Shown: positions 39,201 through 51,199 of the stretch, piece by piece
How the letters are laid out: each line of letters starts with the position of its first letter
How positions within the stretch are numbered: the first letter of the stretch is position 1
Source: Nemertoderma westbladi
Taxonomy: Eukaryota; Animalia; Xenacoelomorpha
Direction of reading: 5' to 3'
Length of the DNA stretch: 64,000 bases
NCBI GenBank assembly: GCA_032718475.1
Contig: JAUCBJ010004643.1
Coordinates: forward strand, 1,603-65,602
The notes under the pieces: model-generated
Told to the model about the DNA's origin: nothing
What the model saw: the letters and a program-made list of their open reading frames with translations, nothing else
Databases searched by the model: none
Program-made: the position numbers and the translations under genes

Positions 39201-40100
39201 CTCTCGCAGTCTATACAACTATATATACTGTAGACGGCTCCCTTTTGAGGGACCAAACCTTACAATCAATGGGTGGCCAATCTAAAGTCAAATGTGCCAC
39301 ACACCAGCTTCCCTTTATTAGGGAACTGCGCAATAATATATTCAAATGTGGAGAAACATTAGAAAATGGGTCGAGGTGCAAAAGGGTGGCTGCTTGGAGG
39401 TGTCCAGCATTTACTGCGCAACCCTGCAAGCAATGCCCAGCTGCACTTTGCAGGAAGCACTGGCAGTCATGTTCTTCAAATCGGGGTAGTTTCATTGTTC
39501 CTCCACCGGAAGATGAGGCCATCCTGACTGTAGAGCATGATGAGCCATTTAGTGACGATGACGTCATTGATGACGTATATTGTGACGTGGCCCCGGAAGT
39601 AGAGGTCATCTCTCAAGAACCTCTAGATTACACAGACGATCTAGATTTTGCAATGAACGCCGGTGTATTTTCTGATGACACTGGCCATGACCCGGCAGGT
39701 GCTGTTCCTCAGACTGACAGTGGTCTGTCGAGCCTTTCTTTTAATGTTGAAAGAAAGATGGTCCCTGGACATGTTATTCTTAACCACGGGATGGGACTCT
39801 TACAACGAAGGGGACATGTGGTAGACACGCCAGCATCGTTTAAGAGATGGCTGGAAAATCTCGTAGCCACTACACCAACAAAGTCCGTATCATTAATGTA
39901 CCCCGAGTCAATTCTTTTCCCTTCCATTTTTTGGCAATTAATGGAGGATGGTTCAATTCCGGGTGCCATACCTCATCCCCTTTGGGGAAATTCCAGCGCC
40001 CGGAAAATGTTGGGTTTTGAAACTCTTAGTAAACAATTGCAAGTGCGGGTTTTAAACCAAGACCTTTTAACCTCCACCGACCCTACTGCTGATAAACTGC
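36224..40100 (+). CDS. N-terminal part of the Helitron-like RepHel polyprotein: several Cys/His clusters, acidic linkers, pre-Rep region
   Basis: 1343-aa ORF with CQVC..YCNAH, CIIC..YCTSH, CQNC..CTLC and CATH..C..C..CKQC..C..H clusters. The YPESILFPSIFW motif lies shortly before a frameshift at ~40100 into the Rep frame. Confidence 0.8.
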
Positions 40101-41170
40101 TACTTGCAGTTTATTTTCGATGCTTTATTAAATATTTTATTAAGAAATACGGACACCAGATTTGTTTCCAACCGTGGTTGGGAAGACATACTAAATTTTG
40201 CTGGAACCCTGCCAAAAGGAAATCAGACAGGGTTATTAAACCTGGATGTTACTGACAGTAACACCCGGGTCATTGAATTGGCTAGTTGCCTAGCCGAGAG
40301 GGGTGAGCCTACATATTTTTATACTCACTCCTTCTCCATGGACAGCCACTACGGTGTGAAGCCTATATTTCACCAGGTAGAATGTATTGTCGAGAAACAC
40401 CGCCAACAATACATCTTAGATAACGGACTTCCCTGTGTTGGGGAAACTTACACTTGTAAGATGGCAGAATCGATCCGCCAGTCAGCCATGATCCAGCTCC
40501 TCCGGTCCGTCCAAAGAGCTGGATCTTATCATATGAATTACATTAGATTTTCAGCTGAGCAGCCTCTTGGTGAGGTTGACGATATGTGGTACACCTGGGA
40601 GTTCCAGGACACCAAAGGGAATGTACCACATATACATTCTCTAATCATAGTAAAGAATGCCGACAAAGAGTCTGATGAGGTATTTCTCCGCATCAGAGCC
40701 TCCGAACAGACATTCTTTACTAAGGATGAGATTGAGGAGTTCCTTGCTGAGGGTCTCATTCGAGACAGAGACCACCTGGATGAGATTTACCGCAATCTGG
40801 TACGTCTCATCCACGATTGTGAGAAATCGGGGTTTACCTGCCATAAGAAGGTAGACTCTTCTGGACAGCGTATTTGCCGCAAACACGTGAACCCGCCATC
40901 GCATGGACATTATTATGAAGAGTTACCAAACAATCATTCCAAGGAAGCGTTACAGGTCTACCAACGACGGTATGGCCACAATCAATGAATACGGCACCTT
41001 CCAATTGCATGCCCCAATCCGTGCTGGGAAACATTTCTACGCCTCAGAGTATACCTATCCAATATTCTCGCCCTGTAACAACAGATTATTTGCGGCCACA
41101 CAGTGCAACGACAACCTATTGGTGTGCGATGGTTGCACCAGTTCACGTTATTGCGTCAAATACGCTGCCG
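40100..41170 (+). CDS. HUH Y2 Rep (replication initiator/transposase) domain, with a frameshift at ~40965
   Basis: Motif 1 PTYFYTHS (~40307), motif 2 WEFQDTKGNVPHIHSLI (~40596-40646), motif 3 YCVKY (~41149-41163, in the next frame). Confidence 0.9.
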
Positions 41171-44100
41171 GTGCTGAGGAGAAACGGGACGTACGATTTA
41201 CCGCAGGCCAAGCATCGGCCAATGTAGTTCACGCACAGGAGGATGAGCTGAAGAACATTAAAATTTCAGGTCCCGCCATTCTGCGCAAGGAGGAATTGGA
41301 GAAACAAGCTAGTAAACAAAAGACCGTGTTTGCTCGGCTTGTTGGTGCTCCTGAGTTGGGGTGGCACATTTTGCACCTCCCCGTGACTGTCCCGTCGTCA
41401 GAATTTATCCATATTCCAACCACCTCCATAGAAAATAGGGCTGGGGTTGTTATGCCTTGGAAGAACCAAAATCCAAAGCATCCAGCCCATACAGAATGCG
41501 AACGTGTTCGCTCACAACTGCTGTATCTACCATCCCATCGTCATTTCACATCAAACCAAACTATGACGATGGTAGATCAACAGGATTCCATCATATCAGT
41601 TGATCTAATGACGGTGTTTTGTCTGCGGCCACCAGAACTCTTGTTTGTTTTACGACCAAAGTTATATTTAACTTGGTTTGCCCAAATTAAATTGCCATCC
41701 AAAAAATCTGAAATTAAATCTATACACGAAAGGAAATTAAGAACAAATATACGGGAGTCAATGTGGGTAGATGGTACCAACCATATAGTACAACTACGAC
41801 CATCTGCGGTAAATGAATTAAAATCATATTGTACAAATTATAATTGTAAACATGCCAACGATTCAGAACGCGTTACTGATAATATGCTCTCCATAATACA
41901 TCTAATAGAATTAAACGACAAGCAGGTTACTAATAATTACATATACCAAAATTGTATATTCAAAGACAAAATTCCAATTGCTTGCGACCGAACCATCACA
42001 CCAATGAACCCTGTTAAATTCTTAGTCCACTTATTGTTGAGTATGGGGGAGTTCATAACTGAAATAGACCTGTTCCTCGTTCCAACAATGAGGGACTCGT
42101 TTATTAGAGCGGGACTTTTACCCGCTGCTGGTCCTTACACGCAGGAGAATGTAGACCAAATCCTCACCAAATACCAGTGGGAGCAACTGCGACACGTTCC
42201 AGGTGGGGTGAGAATGTCCGATAAGTATAATATTGTGGCAGCGGATCATGTGCTGCAAAACCTCATACTCAACAATGAGGTGACTACTTATGACACACCT
42301 ACTGTACTCCTAAGTACACTGCAAGAGGAAAATACCATAAAAATTGCAGGAATGCTGCATGATCTCAAACTGGCCACAATAAGAGCATTAAAGTTCGACG
42401 TAGCCATCGTCAACATGCCGTCATTAGATGAACTGATGGCGGCCACTTTAGAACGGCCTCTTCCATGGAAACCCCAATTGGGAATGGCCCCCGGACAATC
42501 CCAGGAATCCATGGAGGAACAGAAATATGCCATAGAGTGCATAACTCGGGCAGTTGATAGACTTCTTTCGGGGCACCACAGTTATTCAAAATTCCCCGTG
42601 ATCCTTGGACCACCAGGCACTGGGAAAACTTTAGTGATGTGCTATGGTGCGGTTTATGCCATCGCAGGTGGCGCTAATATTATATTCACATCATTGGCCG
42701 CCGAGCGAGCAGTTAAATTTGGTGGAATACACATCCATCAATTACTGCCAATTCCTGTGATTGACCACGAGGGTGGCATCACTAATGTTACAGTTAACTC
42801 GGAACAAACGGTACGAAAATTACATAACCACAAGGAGAAGTTGGCCTATCTGCGAAATTTACATGTACTTTTCGTAGAAGAAATAGGTACAGTGAGCGCG
42901 GAGATGTTCGCTGTACTGGATCAGGTTCTCCGCCATGTTCGTGAGAATGACTCTCCATTGGGCGGTGTACTAATGATTGCCACTGGCGATACAAAACAGC
43001 TGCCCCCAGTAAAAGGTCATCCAATATGGGTGTCAACCCATATGTTTACTACCTTCAACATCATTTTATTGAACCATTTTGTCCGTTCCGCCCTTGACCC
43101 CGACCTTATTCGGGTGAACACACTTATCAGGAAATTGCACCTTTCCGAGGATGAGATTATAGAGTACACCTCTATTCTCTCTAGGAAGTGCAATTTCGTA
43201 CGAACTTGGGACGCGGTTGACTCCTCTACCTTGAGGGTTTTTGGTAAGCGAAAGGCCGAACGGCAGAGCGTTAAACATATGTTGCATGTCGTTGGAAGCA
43301 GTGGAAAGGAGTGCATGGCAGTCACTGCAGAAGATGAAGAGTCAGTAACTGGTCAATCTGCATGGAAGTCTGCTTCAGCTGCTACAAGGCTGCTACAGGT
43401 CCTCAATAATCGAACCGATGAGCAAGTACTTACACTATTCTGTGGTGCTGTCATGCGGGTCACACGAAATGACCTCTCCCGGAAAGGCTGCTTCCAAGGC
43501 CAACTATGTGTAGTAACCTCTCTGCCTACTCAACCACTCGGGCCATTTAAAGTAATGGTGGCTCCACCCGGTCAAAGGACGGTTCCAGACGACCTAGAAG
43601 GTAGTGGTTGGAAGGAATATACAATACGTAAATTCCAGTCATTGTCTTATTCCGTAGGTCGTGGAATTAGTGGCCGTCGAACACAATACCCGTTGCGACA
43701 TTTTATAGCGGCCACTATCCATCGTATCTTAGTAGATACAATATTAAAATTAGCCACCGCTATTAGTGAGGTTGAGAGCGAGTACCACCTCTGGCTCCGC
43801 TCTCAATTAATCGTCTTGATTAGTAGACTAGAACTTCTAATTAACCTGACCTTCGTAGGAAACAAGGACGACATTCTCCTTGCTACATCTACTTTACTAC
43901 GTCAGGTAAGTCAGTACGACGTGTACATTGAACATGTGTTGTCTGTTGTGGCAACCAATGCACAACGACTACCTTCCGACCTCTACCCCGTAGTCGACAT
44001 GAGTCTCCACCCCTTCCGGCCAGGTAATGTGACCCTCCCACAAACAACTTCCGGTTACGTATATTGCCTGATCTCTAGACCCTGTCCCAACGTCACTTAT

Positions 44101-44463
44101 ATAGGGGAGTCACAGAGTCTGGTATCTGCCCTAAAGAACCACAACCAAGGGGGTACATTTGGCACTAGTGATGATTTTACATCCAACATTTCACTAAGAC
44201 CATGGGCAGTGCTCGCCTTCTTCACTGGGTTCGACTATCAACTTGGAACCAGTTACCAACGGCAACAGGTCATAGCTGGTTGGAAACTTCGGATAAACGA
44301 GCTGTACGATTGGACCAATGCTCCCCCAAAGGAAGTATTGGTCGCAGCTCACGACACGTTGCAAATCCACAAACCCTTCCATCCAGACTTAAATCTCGTA
44401 GTTTGTGGAAGCCTTAAGGATCCTCCTGATTTTTTAAAGAGACCTACCGATAAACAAAACTAA
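40903..44463 (+). CDS. PIF1-family SF1B helicase with C-terminal GIY-YIG endonuclease-like domain (C-terminal part of RepHel)
   Basis: Walker A GPPGTGKT (42607), GGIHIHQLL, LFVEEIG, LGGVLMIATGDTKQLPPV, QYPL..AATIH. C-terminus GYVYCLIS..TYIGESQ..HNQG..RPWAVLAFFTGF. Confidence 0.9.
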   Translation: MDIIMKSYQTIIPRKRYRSTNDGMATINEYGTFQLHAPIRAGKHFYASEYTYPIFSPCNNRLFAATQCNDNLLVCDGCTSSRYCVKYAAGAEEKRDVRFTAGQASANVVHAQEDELKNIKISGPAILRKEELEKQASKQKTVFARLVGAPELGWHILHLPVTVPSSEFIHIPTTSIENRAGVVMPWKNQNPKHPAHTECERVRSQLLYLPSHRHFTSNQTMTMVDQQDSIISVDLMTVFCLRPPELLFVLRPKLYLTWFAQIKLPSKKSEIKSIHERKLRTNIRESMWVDGTNHIVQLRPSAVNELKSYCTNYNCKHANDSERVTDNMLSIIHLIELNDKQVTNNYIYQNCIFKDKIPIACDRTITPMNPVKFLVHLLLSMGEFITEIDLFLVPTMRDSFIRAGLLPAAGPYTQENVDQILTKYQWEQLRHVPGGVRMSDKYNIVAADHVLQNLILNNEVTTYDTPTVLLSTLQEENTIKIAGMLHDLKLATIRALKFDVAIVNMPSLDELMAATLERPLPWKPQLGMAPGQSQESMEEQKYAIECITRAVDRLLSGHHSYSKFPVILGPPGTGKTLVMCYGAVYAIAGGANIIFTSLAAERAVKFGGIHIHQLLPIPVIDHEGGITNVTVNSEQTVRKLHNHKEKLAYLRNLHVLFVEEIGTVSAEMFAVLDQVLRHVRENDSPLGGVLMIATGDTKQLPPVKGHPIWVSTHMFTTFNIILLNHFVRSALDPDLIRVNTLIRKLHLSEDEIIEYTSILSRKCNFVRTWDAVDSSTLRVFGKRKAERQSVKHMLHVVGSSGKECMAVTAEDEESVTGQSAWKSASAATRLLQVLNNRTDEQVLTLFCGAVMRVTRNDLSRKGCFQGQLCVVTSLPTQPLGPFKVMVAPPGQRTVPDDLEGSGWKEYTIRKFQSLSYSVGRGISGRRTQYPLRHFIAATIHRILVDTILKLATAISEVESEYHLWLRSQLIVLISRLELLINLTFVGNKDDILLATSTLLRQVSQYDVYIEHVLSVVATNAQRLPSDLYPVVDMSLHPFRPGNVTLPQTTSGYVYCLISRPCPNVTYIGESQSLVSALKNHNQGGTFGTSDDFTSNISLRPWAVLAFFTGFDYQLGTSYQRQQVIAGWKLRINELYDWTNAPPKEVLVAAHDTLQIHKPFHPDLNLVVCGSLKDPPDFLKRPTDKQN

Positions 44464-47400
44464 TACCCTTTTAATTAAATTATAATATTATACTATTTTT
44501 GAACTAGGCCTACTTCACGGCTATTATAACTTTTAAAAATTTTCAATTTATATTTCAATATTCAATATTATATTCAATATTTATAATATTATTTACAACA
44601 AAATTACGCATTGGGCGCATCACGACAGATACTCAGAGTATATTTCAATATATACTCAATATATATTGATATATAAATCAATTTCAATATTAATCATACT
44701 GTAGGTATGATAGTACTTATATGTGTACGTACAGTGTGTATGTATTTTTGTAAATATATGTACTATCATTTTTTGTATTTTTCGTAAGCATCGCATTATA
44801 GTATAGTGTCCTATACTTTTAATGTAAGAGCGCATAAACAACCTCAAATGGTTATAAACAAATACAGTAAACAATACTGCGGGGGATGTATATAGTAAAT
44901 ATATACTACTTAAAGAATTTGGTGTTTGTATTACTGTACATTTGTACATTAATTTATTGGATATGTTTTATTATATATTTTACATTGTACTGTACTGTTC
45001 GATCATTAATGAGCCACGCAATATCGAACATAATTTTTTCGAGTTATTTAATCTATTATAGCCAAGACTTGCTATATTATTATAATGATATGATTATACT
45101 GTAGCATACTGTATAATGCCGAACAATACTGTACGGAGCTTATACAAAAAGCTACTGTACGGTTGTACTGTACTGTATAATATTTTCAAATAAAAACAAA
45201 CTCGTTGAATTCGTAAGAAATTATTTTAGGCCCTATATTTTTCCTTCTTACAACTACTTACTGTACTGCATTATTAGAGGATTCTTCTTTAGAATATTAA
45301 AAAAGCTCCATATTTTGAGAAATTATTAACATTTGGGGTAACCAACACAAAAATATGATCTTTTGGGATTCAACTTTTGGGATCTCTGCCAATTTATAAA
45401 TATAGATTTTATATAAATATATTAATTCAATGTGGTATGTTTCTGCAGTAAATAATATAATATAATAATATAAAACAATGGTATTCGAGCATAAATCAAA
45501 CCCAATTGATCCACCACTTACTGTAAAATTAATTATTATATGTTATGATATTTAGTAGGTATATTTTATGATTATCAATAATAAAGCGATAACATTTCCA
45601 ACCTTATATTTTAATATATTATTTACAAAACTACCCTCCCCGGCACTCTCCCGAAATAAATAAATCCTCCTCAGAGTCAGTTTATCCAGGTGGCGGGTCT
45701 CTTACATCCTGGAAGCGACGGTATAAGAACAATAGAATGAAATTGAAATAAACAAGCAGTGTGATATGTGTGATATCGGTGGGTTCGGTTCCATTTGAAT
45801 GAATCCATTCCTTTATTTTGCCTCATAATTAAAATCAGACAAGGTATGAATTTCTACAGTATCATACAGGGGGGGGGGGGGGGGGGGGGGGGAATAAAAT
45901 CAATACTGCACAACGATGTTCCGAAAGATTTATTAACATACTGTAAATCATCAACATGGTAACAAACAACGAATGTACGTACAGTATATATATGATGTTT
46001 CTTTACATTACAGTAATAATAATATGTACTTTAGGATAATACAGCGGCACTATTATTGTTATAAAATCGTGTGCAAAAGGGGAATTGATTTTGCGAACGG
46101 GAATTACGGAATTTGATCACACCCGTCTTCAGTGTAAAATATATGTATCAGTATATAATTGCAATGACGTGTGCGACGCGAAAGACTAGAATAAATAAGA
46201 GGCAGATTTCTGAATGTTATCTAATAACAATTAATATTTGTGTTATCGTTACTAATGTAATAATCATTAATACGTATTTGTCATTCTATAAAGTGGGTGC
46301 GATATACAAAATACGTGATTAATCTACTGCAAAAAAATATTTCTACTGTAAAAAATAAAACTGCAACCTATTCTATTGTGTTTAGTTTATTGTTTTGGTT
46401 AAAATAACGTGCCGCTTCTTCGCGCTTTTAGACCTTAAACAGTTTAACCTGTTAATTTACGTGTCTCATGCTGTCTGACTGCCCGCACAAAATATGACCA
46501 CAGCAGAAGCCAGTCTAGCGCGGCGTATGACCCACCGTGTGTGGGAGACTGAATTCTATGGCCAGAGAGAGGGGTAGGCTACTTTGTATTATTCGACTGA
46601 TCTCTATAATCTCCAAAAACTATGTTTATTTTCAGGGAAATACCAGCAGTTCCTCTAGATACTGCGCTTTAAATACTGCACAGAGTTATGACTTATACTA
46701 ATTACAATGGATGGTCATGAGACTGCACAGTGTTTACATCCTTTAGGAATGTGTAATTATTCTCTCACACTCACGTCACTAACAATAGTACTGAAATGCG
46801 CTATTTTGCCGACTGTCACCAATTTTACTCACATAAAAGGAGAAATTTAGCTCACGTACGTTGTGGGCTATGAAACAGCATGAACTCATGCAAACCACTG
46901 TAATTAGAGCCAAGCAATTTTTACTAGTGTTCCCCTCTGCTTACCTCAATAATCAAGAAAACTAAGAGAGTTATCGGTTATTCATAGTATTCTCCAAATA
47001 TAAGCATCGATTAAATTAGTTACAAACCAAAATATATAATAACAGCATAAACAGTATAAATTATGCCATGCCGGTGGTACACAGTACAGCAATAGTGAAG
47101 TACAAGAGAGTACAAGAGATAATATACTGTGTTTTATAACACTCTGTTTATAACAGTCTGGCCACGGATGGTCTCGGGCAAGTTTAGAATATCAGAATTA
47201 ATGATTTTGTCATATTACCGTATACATATGTAAACAAAGAATTCGCAAAGTGAAAATCGCGCTGATTGGCTGAAATATAACATAGGCTCTACGCATAAAG
47301 AAACAGCTGGCTAATTTCATCATGGTAGCTCTGTACTAAAACAGAGGCTAGAGGACATAAGCTAATACTTTGAAATAATGCTGGCCTTTTTGGAGTAGTT

Positions 47401-47558
47401 CGCAAATTGCACCAAAACAACAAATTTTTGCCGCAAAAGCTTTAACACCGCTCCCAGAAAATGGGACTCAAGTCTATAATATATATATAGAGTCACAGTT
47501 TCTAATAAATTTACTACTCGAAACAATCAATCCTTTTTTCTAGAACAAGTTACTTTTT

Positions 47559-49639
47559 CTAGTTTTTTAAACTTTTGTATAGTCTTTTTCTCCACAGCAT
47601 GAGCCACTTTACTAGGAGGGCTGTAGGGCAGTAGGAGGGCAATACAATTGTATCAGAAGGGTTTGGGTTGTGGTCGGTGTATCCGCCGGTCGAGGTACCC
47701 GGTTGATCAATATCCATAGGAGGTCCACTTCTCTCCTGTGGTGGAATTGCGATATCGACATATTTATCGGAGGACCCAAGGGATCGAGGGTGCATAACCT
47801 TTAAGGCCCGTCTCAGGACAGCAGCTTGTACTGGTCCTGCTTTAGTCATTTGTGCGACTGCCATGGGTGGACCGTGAGTAGTGAGGAATTTTCGGGGTTT
47901 AACAGTTCTTTCTAATTCCCATTCCCTCTCCTTGTACTCATAAGGACATCTGTGGAATTTTTGCAATTCAGGGTGCTCATTTATAAATGTCTCACCATAT
48001 TCAAGGTCTCGGTTAAAAAACCGATCAAGTTAGAAGAATCAAGATTATTTGGATTAATATTTCTCAAATATTTTCTGACATATTTGGTGGAAATACACTC
48101 ACCAACGCGTTTTATTAATTCGTAGTTGGGAACACGAGTTTTCTGTTCGACTTGGGGAAAGAGATAGGGGTGAAATGCATACACTCCTTCATAAGCTAGT
48201 CCTGGATAATATCAATGGCGCAACTCACAGTGAAGATCTGCGGTAGCTTCCCAAGCTCGTATGTATCGAAGTACAATCTACTCGTCTATGCTTTCGATGT
48301 CTTGGCTAAAAGGGCAATCCCAACTAGTGTGTCCTTTTAGTTGGCAGTAATGACACTGTGTCATAAACTGGGGGCAGACAGCGAAGATATGCTTATTATT
48401 AACGCGACAATAAGCACAATAAATCTCCAAGGACAGTTCTCTTACAGCTTGTACCTGCTGAGGTAATTTACGTTTGTCTAAAACATCGTCAGTTTCCTTT
48501 CTGATCTTTTGACGGATCGCTTCAAGTGCATTCCGTACTACACTTTCTTCCACTTCAGTAACAAATTGGATTGGTGCCAAACCAGACCGATTATACAGGT
48601 TGAATGGGGTAAGCATATGTCCTCGTCCCAATCCGGCTGGCTATATAGGGCGAATATCCAAAGAACCAACATCTGAGACACCACCGATTAGTTGTTCTGG
48701 TAAAACCAGATCTTTGAACAAAGAATATAACTCAGGAGGGTCAGTTATACTTTTAGGAGCGAGAGTTTGTGGTCGCACCGAGGGGTGAGGGGGTCTGATG
48801 GAGTATTCTGGAACTCTGATCATAGGTTTACTCAAGGATCATTTGAGTTGAGCGATCATGGATTGCACGTCGAACAGATGTCGCTCAAAACTCCCGTAAG
48901 TATAGCGCGTGAAACTATGTTTAGTGCAATGTCTCCGCGGATGCTTATAGTGTTCCATTTTTTGATTGGGCATTTGTCACAATAATACCAAAGACGCACA
49001 TCTTGTAGGTGAAATGCTGGCAACCTTTCTCCCATTTTGCAGTATTCTTCCATCTGTTCAAAGCTGTCCAGTACAGCAGGTAGCGGTCGATTCGCTATAA
49101 GGTACATCATAGTAAATTATAATCATTTAAGTTCGAACATAGGGCATACCTTGAGGATATTGAGTTTCCAAGTTCTGTTGACTAGCAATATTGGGATAAG
49201 TTTCTCGCAGGAACTCCAAATATTCATAAAAGTTCTTGCATTTGTCGGGCTCTTCCACATCTTCTCTTTCGAGACGATTTCTAATAGAGGTTTCATGTTC
49301 GATCTACAGCTTGTCATTCCGACTCCATTGTGCATGAAATTTGAATAGAATCATCTCCGTTTCTGTATCCAAATCATCAGTATCATGTAAATCGATAGGA
49401 TGACCAGTAGTTAGGAAATCCATATACGTATCATTTTGATGCGTATAGCGCGAGGTGAATTTTCTATAATCGAATTCGGGCTTAAGCTGTTCCTCTGTCA
49501 TCGGTGGTTTGATGTAACATCCATCATCGGCTGTTATAGGTTGACTAGTGTCACCACTCAACAAACTATCGGGAAGCGCTTGTAGAGGTTGCATATATTT
49601 ATCCTTAATACTAAGGTCTTCCTCTATCAATTCAGTCAT
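47559..49639 (-). pseudogene. Fragmented Cys-rich / Zn-knuckle ORF of unknown function, downstream of the BEL/Pao pol and on the same strand
   Basis: Seven consecutive - strand ORF fragments tile the interval. They include CAYCRVNNKHIFAVC and CHYCQLKGHTSWDC (CX2CX4HX4C), plus CDKC/CSTC pairs. Confidence 0.6.
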
Positions 49640-51199
49640 AATATGTGTGGGAGTTTATCGATAATAATACAGGCTAGCGAGCGTCGCTGCCTATATCAGG
49701 CTTCCAACTGGCTCCCGGACAGCCTGAGATCCTCAGCGCTGATGTACTGTCGTCACTGTGCCTCTTGCCAATGTAGTAGCTATACAACGTCAACAATAAC
49801 CAGTGCGAGTCACTCCACTGTCCCTCCCAAGGGCTCCAAGATACCAGAGAGAGATAATTATCGCAGGTAAGGGATGACTTTCTCAATTGCGGCTCGCTAC
49901 TGTAAACACACTTTAGTAGTAACATTCACCTATAAATACCCAAATTCGACTTTCATGCCACAATTCGCACAATTTGGGGCCATTTGTCCATTAGTCAAAT
50001 GCCTTCCAGAATGTCACATTGTTGTTGTGTATCCTTAGATACTATACACTATGCATTCTATTCAATGAGGCAAGCTTTCTATTGTTCTCTGACCCTATTT
50101 AATTCTAGCGTTGTTGTTGCTAAGGTGACATTATGCAAGGCTAGCAGTAGAGATTAGGGTATTTCTCATGCACCCAGATTTGGGATGCTATTTAATAGCG
50201 ACTCTAGGGTTATTATTATTCCCTTTATATGTGATGTTTATGAATTTTGTCGGCTATTTAAATGCACACTAGGGGATTCTCTCACACTTGTTGCAATAAG
50301 GTGAATCTCCGCTCCCGTGATCTATTAATTGACTAATTTTGGGGAACATTTTAATAATTGTCTTAAATTGACAATTTTATTTAATTCATGAGAGGATATG
50401 AATTTAATTTATTCCCGTGAATTTTATTATTTTAAATTAGGATGGGCACCGATTTATTCCAGAACATGTCTGGGGACATTAACCATTGATTCTATAAATT
50501 TTGTCTTTTAAGTATATCAGTGGGTGCAATGATATATTAATAGACTAGAATTTCAGATAGTCAAAGGGTTTAACAGATTTGCTTAAGCAGATTTACTGTT
50601 AAATTGACATCTTCTACTATACGTATTACTTTAGGACTACGGTATGAGAGCAATATTGCAATAAGCAATGTCAGTGAGAAGAGGCAAGTCATTTCCAAGG
50701 TCTACCCAGAGCTTGGTTTAGCCGAGACACGAGGATCTGAACTTTGCATTCCTAATATACTCTACTTTTACCAATAATACCTAAAGTACAGTAGAACCAA
50801 GGTAGATTGTACTTTAATAAGTAATTCATCTTACTGTATTCACGTATTTATAATAATATACAGACAGTAAGGAAGGGAGAAAAAATGAAATTATTTCCTA
50901 TCGTTAACTAAAATATGTGTATTGTAACACTAATTAATATAAACTACGTAAGGCATTGCACTCATTTACTGAATAAATTATAGAATTATTCTACTAAATA
51001 AAATTAAATAAAATGATTATATTAATATAAAATTACATAGTAAGGCGTACATAAATATAAAAATAAAGACAAATAAAATAATTTAAAGGTTGTCACAAAC
51101 CCACTCCCATAAATAATGAATTATTTAGTACATAGATGTTTATTGGATCTGGGAGGTAGTCGTCGGTAGAGTGTCTTGTTTACCGTAGTTCCTGGATAA

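Larger units (their letters stand above)
31800..45720 (+). mobile_element. Divergent Helitron-like (rolling-circle) element; ends not determined
   Basis: Contains a Rep-PIF1-GIY-YIG gene and a divergent accessory gene. No clear 5'-TC / 3'-CTRR ends or subTIRs were identified, so the coordinates are approximate. Confidence 0.7.

Noticed and set aside
36202-44417. Many short antisense and alternate-frame ORFs over RepHel (likewise over ABAT and the RTEs)
   Set aside because: They are shadows of the real coding frames and have no motifs of their own.
36224-44463. Programmed frameshifting, or an endogenous ssDNA virus
   Set aside because: No slippery heptamer is evident at the junctions and other decay is present. 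The helicase is SF1B PIF1 rather than SF3, and no capsid gene is seen.
45631-45720. Hammerhead ribozyme on the - strand (CTGAGGAG)
   Set aside because: No GAAA follows a plausible stem II.
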